Notes: generated by a model from the sequence alone, not told the origin. A stretch of DNA of 64,000 bases from Marispirochaeta sp. (GCA_963676835.2 CAXXFF010000002.1:576001-640000), one strand, 5' to 3'; positions 20,166-29,330 are shown, counted from the first letter of the stretch. Made by a program: numbers and translations.

Positions 20166-22238
20166 TCAAGACTGAACTTTATGCAGGACCGATTGAATAT
20201 GCTCGAAGTAGGTATCTCCAATTGCAATATCCATTATCCATGCTACGTAACTTTTCTCATAATCTACGTTCATCTTATCGGCAGAATCCTGGGGAAACAC
20301 GAGTACCGGCGATGCAGAATTTGCACCGTCTGCAGCAGCGGATGCCAGGGCTTTGCGCACAATATCCCGGCTTATCAGCTCGGGCTTGATTACAAACATC
20401 AGGATAGAGTTTGTCAGCTCGGAAAGATTAATTCCCGGATCCGAACAGTTTATCACAAAGACCGCGGTCAGGCGATTGTTGTGTTTCAGTGACCTGAGCT
20501 GCACATTTCTGGTAATACCGAGCTCTTTGTATGCCGCAGTAACACCGGCGTTGGTGCTTTCTATGCCCGCAAAGGGGGGCAAATGCATGGCTTCAAGGAG
20601 CAGTCCTCCGGAAACTCTGGAGTAAAACTCGTTCAGATGGATCATGTCCTCTCTGTCTGAAGCCTCAAGAGACCAGAGGGCATCATGTGAAAGGTCCTCA
20701 TCAGAGGAAGAAAGGGTACAATAGGCCATTTCATCCCCGGAGCAGATTCGCTTGTTATCCACATAATCTATAAGTCCACCGAAAACCCGGTGGGGAAAAC
20801 GGTTTTTACGCCGGTAGAAACACATCAGATAATCGATGTTCATCCGGGTAAAGCGGGAGGTATCATTCAGGTAGCTTCCAGCCTGATGCAGAACATGTAC
20901 TCCTGCATTTTCACTCTTTTCCACCGATGAAGCATGGTGGTGCAGCAGCCAGGTACGCTCATAAAAGCGTACCATGGAGAGATGTCCCTGAATCTTGTCT
21001 TCCCGCTGATAGATAAAATGGCGGGCCACGTTGTTTCTATCCTGGTAGAGCAGTTCAAAACTGCGGCGTATCTGGTCCCTGTTCTGCTGCAGAAAGGTAT
21101 ACTTCTCCGGATAGATAAATCCCGACTCAAAGAAGAAACGCCAGAGGGAATCGAGATCAACCTTTTTACAGAGGGTTGCATAGGTATTGTGAGCCTGGTG
21201 AACCAGTGACAGCAGAATCAGATGATCCCGGGGATCAATATTGAGAATACAGAGGCCGTAGCTGAACTTTTTCCCAACCTCATTCCGGCTGCAGTGTATA
21301 ACCTGGGCACGGACCTTCACACTGCTGTATTCGGCAAAGTGGAGGGTAACCTCATCGAGAATCAGTCCTACCGGAAGTATCGCACTGCGGTGTTCATCCT
21401 TGAAGGAAAATCCCGTCCCGGACATGTCCGTCAGACGCCGTTCCAGCACCCGTCCCGACAGGGGATGGACAAACTGGCAGCGGGGACTTGTCTGCAGTTC
21501 GCTGCGCTGGCTTCTGAACTGCCTGGAAGGAAAGCGTTGAATCTGGTTCCTGCTTACCTTCAGGGTAAATATTCTATCGCCGCCGTCATTGGATATGGTT
21601 GAAATACGGCAGGGCTCACTGAACAGAAGCCCGCCTTTTCGCTCCAGAAGCAGCATTAAATCCGCATTGCTGTTGAACCAGCGGCTGGCTTCAACCTCTG
21701 CACTGCGGACAATCAGCTCTTCCCGGGAAAAACTGATAAGACTGCCTCTTACCCGGATACCGCTTTGAATAATGGTTGCATCAATATTACCAGCGTCTTC
21801 CGGGCTTTCATGATCGTTTTCCAGCACCAGTGCCGTTTTGGGCAGAGCAAGGGAAATCCCCGAACCGCCGATAATAACCTCTTCGGGATAAATCAGTACC
21901 GTGGTGTCTTCATCTATTATGCGGAGATTGGAAACCTTGTACTGATTAATCCAGTCGAAGTCTTCTCCATCCTCATGTATGAACTCAAAATCGCAGTTTT
22001 CCCCTTTACAGATCTGGGGAATAGCCGAGACAAGGCGTACTGTATCGAATTCGGTCTGCCGGAATTCAAAAACAACCGGTTCCCGGCAGAAATTGAGGTG
22101 ATTCAGCTTGTTAACCAGATATTTACGGCGGAGTGTTCGGACAGCCTCTGTTGATTTCGTCTCTTCTGAAGAGTCAGAAACGGGGACAGAAAGGTCTAGA
22201 CCGGGAAAAAGGGATGTCTGTTCCTTCAAGTCTCCCAC
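20166..22238 (-). CDS. PilZ domain-containing multidomain protein with an uncharacterised, possibly GNAT-like, C-terminal half
   Basis: Arg-rich RFPSRQFRSQR followed by DMSGTG (DxSxxG); VRAQVIH...YGLCI. Confidence 0.7.
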   Translation of the reverse strand: MGDLKEQTSLFPGLDLSVPVSDSSEETKSTEAVRTLRRKYLVNKLNHLNFCREPVVFEFRQTEFDTVRLVSAIPQICKGENCDFEFIHEDGEDFDWINQYKVSNLRIIDEDTTVLIYPEEVIIGGSGISLALPKTALVLENDHESPEDAGNIDATIIQSGIRVRGSLISFSREELIVRSAEVEASRWFNSNADLMLLLERKGGLLFSEPCRISTISNDGGDRIFTLKVSRNQIQRFPSRQFRSQRSELQTSPRCQFVHPLSGRVLERRLTDMSGTGFSFKDEHRSAILPVGLILDEVTLHFAEYSSVKVRAQVIHCSRNEVGKKFSYGLCILNIDPRDHLILLSLVHQAHNTYATLCKKVDLDSLWRFFFESGFIYPEKYTFLQQNRDQIRRSFELLYQDRNNVARHFIYQREDKIQGHLSMVRFYERTWLLHHHASSVEKSENAGVHVLHQAGSYLNDTSRFTRMNIDYLMCFYRRKNRFPHRVFGGLIDYVDNKRICSGDEMAYCTLSSSDEDLSHDALWSLEASDREDMIHLNEFYSRVSGGLLLEAMHLPPFAGIESTNAGVTAAYKELGITRNVQLRSLKHNNRLTAVFVINCSDPGINLSELTNSILMFVIKPELISRDIVRKALASAAADGANSASPVLVFPQDSADKMNVDYEKSYVAWIMDIAIGDTYFEHIQSVLHKVQS

Positions 22239-22320
22239 TGGAGGTTTCTCCTTTTATGATAAGCACTGGTTGTAACTGATAGCAGTATATCAGAAAGAAC
22301 TTAAGCAATGTAAGTTATAT

Positions 22321-22908
22321 TTACATTTTTATACGGCCCTTCAAGGACCGTGCCAGGGTAAGGCGGTCTGCATATTCCAGATCGCCCCCCACAGGAAGAC
22401 CAGATGCAAGCCGTGAAACTGCCGCACCGGAATCCTTCAGCAGATTACCCAGATAAAGAGCGGTAGTATCCCCTTCCACCGTCGGATTGGTAGCCAGGAT
22501 AATCTCGTCAACCTCCCCCGAGGTAATTCGCTTCATCAGAGAGTCGATATTAAGATCAGAAGGCCCTACACCGTCGATGGGAGAAAGAGCGCCGCCCAAA
22601 ACATGATACAGTCCCTGGAACTCATGGGTGCCTTCTATGGTGGCCACATCCTGAGACTGTTCAACTACACAGATATTTCGCGTATCCCGCCTGGGATCGG
22701 TACAGAAATCGCAGGGGTCGGCCTCGGTAAATATTCCGCAGACCGAGCAGCGTCTGATCCTGCTCTTTAAGGTTGCAATCTGATCAGCCAGGGCTCGCAG
22801 ATATTCATCGTCACTGGATAACAGAGAATAGGCCATACGGGTGGCGCTTTTTTTCCCGACCCCGGGAAAGCGGGACAGACTGCGGATCAGCTGATCGAGA
22901 ACGGTCAT
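22321..22908 (-). CDS. recR: Recombination mediator RecR
   Basis: FPGVGKKSA.R HhH motif, CSVC...CDFC zinc finger, Toprim ATNPTVEGDTTA. Confidence 0.97.
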   Translation of the reverse strand: MTVLDQLIRSLSRFPGVGKKSATRMAYSLLSSDDEYLRALADQIATLKSRIRRCSVCGIFTEADPCDFCTDPRRDTRNICVVEQSQDVATIEGTHEFQGLYHVLGGALSPIDGVGPSDLNIDSLMKRITSGEVDEIILATNPTVEGDTTALYLGNLLKDSGAAVSRLASGLPVGGDLEYADRLTLARSLKGRIKM

Positions 22909-23225
22909 CAGCTTCCCATAAAGCCGGGAGGCATGGGCATTCCGCCGGTGAGGGAGGAAAACTCTTCCTGGATGGTCTCTTTTGCCCTGCTTATCGCATC
23001 GCTGAGGGCGGCACGAACCAGATCTTCCAGCATGGGAACATCCCGGTTATCCACAACGATGGGGTCAATCTTCACTTCGGTCACCATCATCTGGCCGTTG
23101 ACAGTTATCTTAACCATATCGCCGCCGGCAGTACCGGTTACGCTGATTTTGCCGAGCTTTTCCTGCATATCCTGCATGTTGCTCTGAAGTGACTGGAGGT
23201 TTTTTAACATTTCAAAGGGATTCAC
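22908..23225 (-). CDS. ebfC: YbaB/EbfC nucleoid-associated protein
   Basis: GTAGGDMVKITVNG...IDP...D..MLEDLV.AA; lies between dnaX and recR. Confidence 0.93.
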   Translation of the reverse strand: MNPFEMLKNLQSLQSNMQDMQEKLGKISVTGTAGGDMVKITVNGQMMVTEVKIDPIVVDNRDVPMLEDLVRAALSDAISRAKETIQEEFSSLTGGMPMPPGFMGS

Positions 23226-24766
23226 ACTGATCCTCCTCGTACTATTTCACCGCGGAAAACCTTCTGTACCAGGGCTACCTGGTCATCTTCCTCATGATGA
23301 ACTTCCGCCTCAGCTTCTACCTGGGTCTGCTGAATAAGTTCAACTTTAATACTCGCCTGGGTTCCGGAAAGGTCGTTCAACAGCTGAACAACCTCAGAAC
23401 CTTCTTTACGCAGAAGATTTGCAGAAAAGGAATCCTCAAAAGCAAGGGTTAAAACTGAATCGTGCAGAACCCAGCTGACTGCTTTTTCAAGCGCCGCCGC
23501 CAGAGTCAGTTTTTTTTTTCCCATCTCCTCAATTACTTCTGCCCGGTAAAAATCATTGCGGGGAGGTTCCGGGACTGACTCGGGTTCATTTTCTTCCGTT
23601 CCGGTGGTTATATTCAACTTGCCGCTTTTCAGTTCACTGCGCAGAGTATGAATCTGACCCAGAATCTCCCGGCTGTTGAGGTACTCATTCAGTGAACTCA
23701 AGCGGGATAGAAGCAGTTCAAGCTCAAAGCGCTGGTTCAGGGAATAACGCACATTCCGGTAGAGATCAAGCAGAAGACTCAAGGCATGCTCAAGCTGGGA
23801 GACAGTGAAGGTATCCCTGGCTGCGGCTGAAAACCGTTCGATACCACAGCCGAGAACGGTCTCCCGGTTTATGCCGGATTTAATAAATAGAAGGTTACGG
23901 AAATACTCTGCAAGATCCATGATAAGCTGCTCAACGGAAACACCGTTCATCATTATCTCGCCGCATTTGGCAAGTACCGCCTCAGCCTCTCCTGCGGCCA
24001 TGGAACTGACCATATCGGTAAGATCGTCCATGCCTACCAGTCCGAGTTTTTCCCGGATCTTTTCCAGGGTAATATGTCCGGCGGAAAAGGAGACAACCTG
24101 ATCCAGCAGTGTATATGCATCCCGCATTGATCCGGTAGCTTCTTTGGCTATCCAGAAAAGGGCATCATCATCGGCTTCAACCAAAAGCTCTTCCGAAACC
24201 TTCCTTAAAAGGTCCCGTATTACCTCAACAGTAACCAGACGGAAGTTAAACTGCTGACACCGGGAGCGGATGGTTGCAGGAACCTTATGTATTTCCGTGG
24301 TAGCAAATATAAAGACTATATAGGGAGGCGGTTCTTCAATGGTTTTCAAGAGCGCATTGAAGGCGCTGTTTGAAAGCATATGTACTTCGTCTATTATATA
24401 GACCTTGTAGCGGGAAGAGTTGGGAGCAAAAAGTACCTCGTCTTTTATTTCCCGTACATCATTTACCGAAGTATTGCTGGCACCGTCAATCTCTATAACA
24501 TCAAGAGAGTTACCCTTGCTTATCTCCAGACAGTTGGAACATTTGTTACAGGGTACCGCTGCGGGACCTTCGAGACAGTTAAGTGATTTTGCAAGAATTC
24601 GTGCTGCTGAGGTTTTACCCACTCCCCGGGGACCGGAGAACAGATAGGCGTGGGCTATACGGCCGGATTCAATCGAACTTTTCAGGGTGGAGACAACGAA
24701 CTCCTGTCCCGCCAGGTCATCAAAAGACTGCGGTCGTTTTCGCGTCGCCGTTACCTCGAAATCCAT
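23222..24766 (-). CDS. dnaX: DNA polymerase III subunit gamma/tau
   Basis: GPRGVGKTS, PCNKCSNC, IIDEVHML, SRC motif. Confidence 0.97.
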   Translation of the reverse strand: MDFEVTATRKRPQSFDDLAGQEFVVSTLKSSIESGRIAHAYLFSGPRGVGKTSAARILAKSLNCLEGPAAVPCNKCSNCLEISKGNSLDVIEIDGASNTSVNDVREIKDEVLFAPNSSRYKVYIIDEVHMLSNSAFNALLKTIEEPPPYIVFIFATTEIHKVPATIRSRCQQFNFRLVTVEVIRDLLRKVSEELLVEADDDALFWIAKEATGSMRDAYTLLDQVVSFSAGHITLEKIREKLGLVGMDDLTDMVSSMAAGEAEAVLAKCGEIMMNGVSVEQLIMDLAEYFRNLLFIKSGINRETVLGCGIERFSAAARDTFTVSQLEHALSLLLDLYRNVRYSLNQRFELELLLSRLSSLNEYLNSREILGQIHTLRSELKSGKLNITTGTEENEPESVPEPPRNDFYRAEVIEEMGKKKLTLAAALEKAVSWVLHDSVLTLAFEDSFSANLLRKEGSEVVQLLNDLSGTQASIKVELIQQTQVEAEAEVHHEEDDQVALVQKVFRGEIVRGGSV

Positions 24767-24799
24767 AGACTCCCTACCGTTTCAGCTGAAGAAAAAGAA

Positions 24800-24924
24800 C
24801 CCCCCGGGCTCCGGCCAAGTGAGCTGCGGCTCACCGATCAGTCGCTTACCGCTGCTACCTTCCGGTCCTGACGGGGTTGGGCGATAACCGGTAGCACAGT
24901 ACCTGGCCATCAACGCCAGAGGGG
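24800..24924 (-). ncRNA. ffs: Signal recognition particle RNA (small bacterial SRP)
   Basis: Minus strand carries GTCAGGACCGGAAGGTAGCAGC (helix 8 core). Complementary ends. Directly upstream of dnaX. Confidence 0.92.
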
Positions 24925-24930
24925 AAAATA

Positions 24931-25018
24931 CGGAGAGAGAGGGATTCGAACCCTCGGTGCCCGGTTAGAGCACACACGCTTTCCAAGCGTGCACCTTCGA
25001 CCGCTCGGTCATCTCTCC
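24931..25018 (-). tRNA. tRNA-Ser(GGA)
   Basis: Acceptor GGAGAGA/TCTCTCC; anticodon arm CACGC-TTGGAAA-GCGTG; long variable arm; no encoded CCA. Confidence 0.95.
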
Positions 25019-25094
25019 ATACACAACTTTCTTTCCGGATTGATTAAAAGTGGATTCACCGGCCTTCGCCGCTTTCGAATCCTTCTCTTCCTTA

Positions 25095-25181
25095 CGGAGA
25101 GAGAGGGATTCGAACCCTCGGTACGGCACGCCGTACAACGGCTTTCGAGGCCGCCCGATTCAACCACTCTCGCATCTCTCC
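25095..25181 (-). tRNA. tRNA-Ser(CGA)
   Basis: Anticodon arm GCGGC-CTCGAAA-GCCGT; T loop GTTCGAATC. Confidence 0.95.
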
Positions 25182-25189
25182 AGAGATAG

Positions 25190-25263
25190 CGTACCCAAGA
25201 GGACTCGAACCTCTGACCTTTAGGTCCGCAACCTAACGCTCTATCCAACTGAGCTATGGGTAC
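25190..25263 (-). tRNA. tRNA-Arg(GCG)
   Basis: Acceptor GTACCCA/TGGGTAC; anticodon arm TTAGG-TTGCGGA-CCTAA. Confidence 0.93.
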
Positions 25264-25271
25264 AATTAAAG

Positions 25272-25358
25272 CGGAGAGGGAGGGATTCGAACCCTCGGTG
25301 CAGTCACCCACACAACTCCTTAGCAGGGAGCCCGATTCGACCACTCTCGCACCTCTCC
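25272..25358 (-). tRNA. tRNA-Ser(GCT)
   Basis: Anticodon arm GCTCC-CTGCTAA-GGAGT. Confidence 0.95.
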
Positions 25359-25626
25359 ACGAAAAACCTGATACATGGCGCCGAAGGATGCGAACTTCGG
25401 CATAGTTTGGTTGACAGTAAAAGCTGCAACCTGTGACACAGCGGTGCTAAACGCTGTGTGAGAAGGTGGGATTCCCTTCCGATGTCCGGCTTCCTGCCGG
25501 CCATCTACAGGCCCCTCCGGAGTCACTGGCGCTCGGCATCCTGCCTCGCTACCGCACCTAATCGGTGCGCGTTCCTCCGGTTCGAATCCACCTTTTTTTG
25601 TTCAGCGGCAAGGCGCTGAACCTTAT

Positions 25627-25711
25627 CGGAGAAGGTGGGATTCGAACCCACGGAGCCTCTCGGCTCAACGGTTTTCAAGACCGCCTCCTTCGACCGCTCG
25701 GACACCTCTCC
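25627..25711 (-). tRNA. tRNA-Ser(TGA)
   Basis: Anticodon arm GCGGT-CTTGAAA-ACCGT. Confidence 0.95.
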
Positions 25712-25730
25712 ACTCAAAACTAGGTGTCAC

Positions 25731-25759
25731 ACTATAGAGATACTGGGCTTCTTTGTCAA
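25731..25759 (-). promoter_or_regulatory. Sigma70-type promoter of the tRNA-SRP-dnaX unit
   Basis: Minus strand TTGACA-17 bp-TATAGT, about 20 bp upstream of tRNA-Ser(TGA). Confidence 0.8.
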
Positions 25760-26623
25760 TCAGCGGGAGACAATTTCGAGGATGCGATCGAGATCATCCA
25801 GGGAGAAATAGGAGATCTCTATACGGCCTTTTTTGGGGCTTCCTTTTACCGAAACCTTGGTTCCGAAAAGGTCGATAAGACGCTGCTCAATGGTATTGAG
25901 TTCGGGATCCTTCTTCTTCATGGAGACACTTTTTTCAGCCTGTACAGCCCGTCCGCCACGGTTAAGCTCGCCCGCCTGGGCTTCCGCTTCCCGTACGCTC
26001 AGTCCGTCGGTAACAATCCGGCTGAAGAGAATCATCTGATCCGCAGGGTTAAGAATGGAAAGAAGAGCCCGTGCATGACCGGCGGTCATTTTACCGTAGG
26101 TCAGGGCATCCTGCATCTCCCGGGACATTTTTAACAGACGAAGGCTGTTGGCAATGGTGGAACGGTTCTTTCCCACCTTTTTGGCAACCTCATCCTGACT
26201 GAGGCCGGTATGATCTATCAGGTTCCGGTAGCCAAGTGCCTCTTCAATGGGGTTGAGATCTTCTCGCTGGATATTCTCTATAAGGGCAATCTCAAGCTTT
26301 TCCTCTTCGGTAAAGTTCCTGACAATAACGGGCACTTCCGCCAGGTGAGCAAGCTGTGCTGCCCGGAAACGGCGTTCACCGGCAATAATCCGGTACCCGG
26401 AGCCATACTCTTCTACGATAATGGGCTGGATAATCCCCTGTTCACGGATAGAGTCAGCCAGCTCCTTGAGACTATCTTCCGCGAAGGTTTTTCTGGGCTG
26501 ATCAGGATTGGGGTAGATTTTTCCAAGAGGAACCGAGAGCTGGCCATTGTCTGGTTTCTGTTCTTCTGTTCCGGAGTTCTGCAGCAGGGCTTCAATACCC
26601 TTTCCAAGAGCCCTTTTAGACAC
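25760..26623 (-). CDS. parB: Chromosome partitioning protein ParB
   Basis: ALGKGIEALL, NPDQPRK.F, IIAGERRFRA, HTH region SR..IANSLRLL. GTG at 26623 preferred over TTG at 26629 by SD spacing. Confidence 0.96.
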   Translation of the reverse strand: MSKRALGKGIEALLQNSGTEEQKPDNGQLSVPLGKIYPNPDQPRKTFAEDSLKELADSIREQGIIQPIIVEEYGSGYRIIAGERRFRAAQLAHLAEVPVIVRNFTEEEKLEIALIENIQREDLNPIEEALGYRNLIDHTGLSQDEVAKKVGKNRSTIANSLRLLKMSREMQDALTYGKMTAGHARALLSILNPADQMILFSRIVTDGLSVREAEAQAGELNRGGRAVQAEKSVSMKKKDPELNTIEQRLIDLFGTKVSVKGSPKKGRIEISYFSLDDLDRILEIVSR

Positions 26624-27371
26624 GTGCAATTACCTCTTCGGCGAGCTCTTTATAGCTCATGGCCCCGGCACAGGAGGCGTTATACTGGTTTATGGGAACC
26701 CCGTGGGAAGGTGCCTCGGAGAGCCTGATATTGCGGGGAATGATTGTTCTGAAGACCTTGTCCTTGAAATAGTTGGTAACTTCCTGAACAACTTCATTGG
26801 CAAGCTTGGTTCGTGAGTCATACATGGTAAAAACAATGCCTATAATTGACAGAGCCGGGTTTAAGCCCTTCTGCACCCGCTGAATGGTCTGCAGAAGCAG
26901 GGTAAGTCCCTCAAGGGCAAAATACTCACACTGAAGCGGAACGAGCACATGATCCGCCGCGGTAAGGCCGTTAACCGTAAGAACACCAAGAGACGGCGGA
27001 CAATCAATCAGAATGAAGTCCCATTCCTCGCGTACCTTATTGAGAACGTTTTTCAAAAAGAACTCTCTGTTCTTTTCATCTATAAGTTCTACATTGGCTC
27101 CGGTAAGATCAATATTTGAAGGAACCACAAAAAGATTTTTAACTGTAGTCTCCCGGATAACCCGTTCAATTGGTATCCCTTTTGTAACTACATCATAAAT
27201 ACTCTCATCCTCAACCCTGGATCCTACACTGGAAGAGAGGTTTCCCTGGGGATCAAAATCTATCAGCAGCACCTTCTTGCCCAGTTCGGCAAGATATGCT
27301 CCGAGATTCGCGGTGGTTGTGGTTTTACCTACGCCGCCTTTCTGATTGGCGAATACTATTACCTTTCCCAT
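26616..27371 (-). CDS. parA: Chromosome partitioning ATPase ParA/Soj
   Basis: Deviant Walker A NQKGGVGKTT, DFDPQGN, IDCPP. Confidence 0.96.
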   Translation of the reverse strand: MGKVIVFANQKGGVGKTTTTANLGAYLAELGKKVLLIDFDPQGNLSSSVGSRVEDESIYDVVTKGIPIERVIRETTVKNLFVVPSNIDLTGANVELIDEKNREFFLKNVLNKVREEWDFILIDCPPSLGVLTVNGLTAADHVLVPLQCEYFALEGLTLLLQTIQRVQKGLNPALSIIGIVFTMYDSRTKLANEVVQEVTNYFKDKVFRTIIPRNIRLSEAPSHGVPINQYNASCAGAMSYKELAEEVIARV

Positions 27372-27491
27372 AATGACGATTCATTATAGCGGAAAGCTCA
27401 ATACGTGTCATTTCTTTCTGCAATGCTTGACCAAAAAAACTCACTTATATAGCTTATTAGATATCTCATTTATTATCGCGAGGAGAACAAT

Positions 27492-27713
27492 ATGCGCGAA
27501 GAGGTGATTAAAGCACTGGAAGATGTCCGTCCCTCACTGCAGGCAGACGGTGGTGATATCGAATTCGTCGATCTTACCGATGACGGTCTGGTGACCGTAA
27601 AACTCAAAGGCGCCTGTAACGGCTGCCCCATGGCACAGATGACCCTTAAGCAGGGTGTGGAACAGTACCTCAAAGAGGTTGTTCCCGGCGTATCATCTGT
27701 AGAGTCAGTATAA
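27492..27713 (+). CDS. NifU C-terminal / NfuA-like Fe-S scaffold protein
   Basis: VRPSLQADGGD...GACNGCP. Confidence 0.92.
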   Translation: MREEVIKALEDVRPSLQADGGDIEFVDLTDDGLVTVKLKGACNGCPMAQMTLKQGVEQYLKEVVPGVSSVESV

Positions 27714-27725
27714 AAAGAGCACTAT

Positions 27726-27762
27726 TCCCTTCCGTTCCAGCAGATACCGGACGGAAGGGAAA
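27726..27762. terminator. Hairpin after the NifU-like gene
   Basis: ttcccttccgt ... acggaagggaa inverted repeat; no strong U-tract. Confidence 0.5.
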
Positions 27763-27858
27763 TATTTCACCTGAAAGTATTCAATTATTACCATAAATAT
27801 GCCGTTAATATCCTTGAGGGTGTTGCTTTCCTTAAATCCCACACAATAAGTTGGCCAG

Positions 27859-28923
27859 ATGCAACAGGAAACAGACATAGACCAGTCAGGACTTGAAAAA
27901 CTAATCCGCAGTATTCCCAAAGCTGAGATTCATCTTCATTTGGAAGGTCTCGTCAGTGTGGATTCTCTGTGGAATCTGATTCAGGAAAACCGGCTGGATA
28001 TTGAAGGCATTAAATCTCGCGAAGATCTTGTAAAGAAATTCAGGATCAACAGCCTGGACGAGTTTATCTGGCTCTTTATCAACATCCTTCAGAACGCCTT
28101 CCGCAAACCCGAAGATCTGAACTGGCTCATCAAAGATGCCAGGGAATACCTCACCAGAAACAATATTGTATATGCGGAAATCTTCTTTGCCCCTTCCAAG
28201 TTTGTCCAGAACGGTCTTGATTTCAATGAAATGATGACCATTCTCGATGAGGGCGCAAAAAAGCTCAAAAAAGAAAATAAAATAGAGATTAAATACATTA
28301 TCGACGTCTCCCGTACCTACGGCGTAGAAAATGCAGAGCAGAACCTGGCAATGACCCTGGAATATAAAAAAGATTCCATCATTGGTATCGGTCTTGGCGG
28401 AGCAGAAAGCCAGGGTCCGGCGGAAGATTTTCAGGAAGTATTTCAGAAAGCAATGGATGCAGGCCTCAAGGTTGTTGCCCATGCCGGTGAAGATATCGAA
28501 TCAAAATCCATATGGGACAGTCTTAAGTACCTGAAAGCTCAGCGCATAGGTCACGGAATCAGCGCCATGGATGATGAAAAACTGATAAAGTATCTGGCGG
28601 ACAAGCAGATTCCCCTGGAAATCTGCCCTACCAGCAATATCTTCACAAAGAAATATGTACAGAAACTCGAAGAACACCCTATCCGGCTGTTTTTTGACAA
28701 ATCCATCAATGTTACTCTAAACACCGACGATCCAACCCTCTTCGGCATAGAACTGGTGGAAGAATTTGTTAATCTTTTTAATCACCTCAATTTCAGCGTA
28801 GAAGAACTCCTTCAGATTATGAAAAACACTATCTACGCAACCTTTCAGGGGAAAAAAGAGCAGGATAAGCTCTGGAAGAACGCAGCAAAAGCAATCAAGA
28901 AAGCCGGCTACAAGGCTCCCTGA
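27859..28923 (+). CDS. add: Adenosine deaminase
   Basis: PKAEIHLHLEG, HAGE, RIGHG, LEICPTSN, NTDDP. Confidence 0.9.
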   Translation: MQQETDIDQSGLEKLIRSIPKAEIHLHLEGLVSVDSLWNLIQENRLDIEGIKSREDLVKKFRINSLDEFIWLFINILQNAFRKPEDLNWLIKDAREYLTRNNIVYAEIFFAPSKFVQNGLDFNEMMTILDEGAKKLKKENKIEIKYIIDVSRTYGVENAEQNLAMTLEYKKDSIIGIGLGGAESQGPAEDFQEVFQKAMDAGLKVVAHAGEDIESKSIWDSLKYLKAQRIGHGISAMDDEKLIKYLADKQIPLEICPTSNIFTKKYVQKLEEHPIRLFFDKSINVTLNTDDPTLFGIELVEEFVNLFNHLNFSVEELLQIMKNTIYATFQGKKEQDKLWKNAAKAIKKAGYKAP

Positions 28924-29203
28924 GTAGATTCACGCGACATACCTTACAATAACTCTTTCATAGCAGCGGCTTCTATATTCCGACTGCGCTCAATAGAGGC
29001 TCCACTTAACCACTGCTGGTTGTAATCCTTAAAGTTAGAAAGACTCCTTTGGTCACAAACTGAGTCTCAGTAATTCTGTTCTGATCGCTATGATGAGTAA
29101 ATTTCAGAGCAAACATCGGCTATATCTCAGTTTATCAACATGAAGGGAGCGGTCCTGCTGATTTTGCAGTATCCTGGTGGTTGAGCTGAGTCGAAACCCA
29201 GCT

Positions 29204-29219
29204 TGTTTCACGTGGAACA
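29204..29219. promoter_or_regulatory. parS site 1
   Basis: TGTTTCACGTGGAACA. Confidence 0.9.
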
Positions 29220-29314
29220 TTACACCGATACACATCCCAGCATTTCACATAGAAGCAGGACCCCATACTGATCGAGAAAACTTATCATAGTCGAAGGGAG
29301 TTCGAAACCCACTC

Positions 29315-29330
29315 CGTTTCACGTGAAACA
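29315..29330. promoter_or_regulatory. parS site 2
   Basis: CGTTTCACGTGAAACA. Confidence 0.9.

Noticed and set aside
24931..25711. Prophage or genomic island integrated at the tRNAs
   Set aside because: No integrase or phage genes. The only tRNA-end duplication spans under 200 bp and is reported separately.
24989..25717. Short ORFs over the tRNA cluster
   Set aside because: They overlap clear tRNA genes and are translation artefacts.
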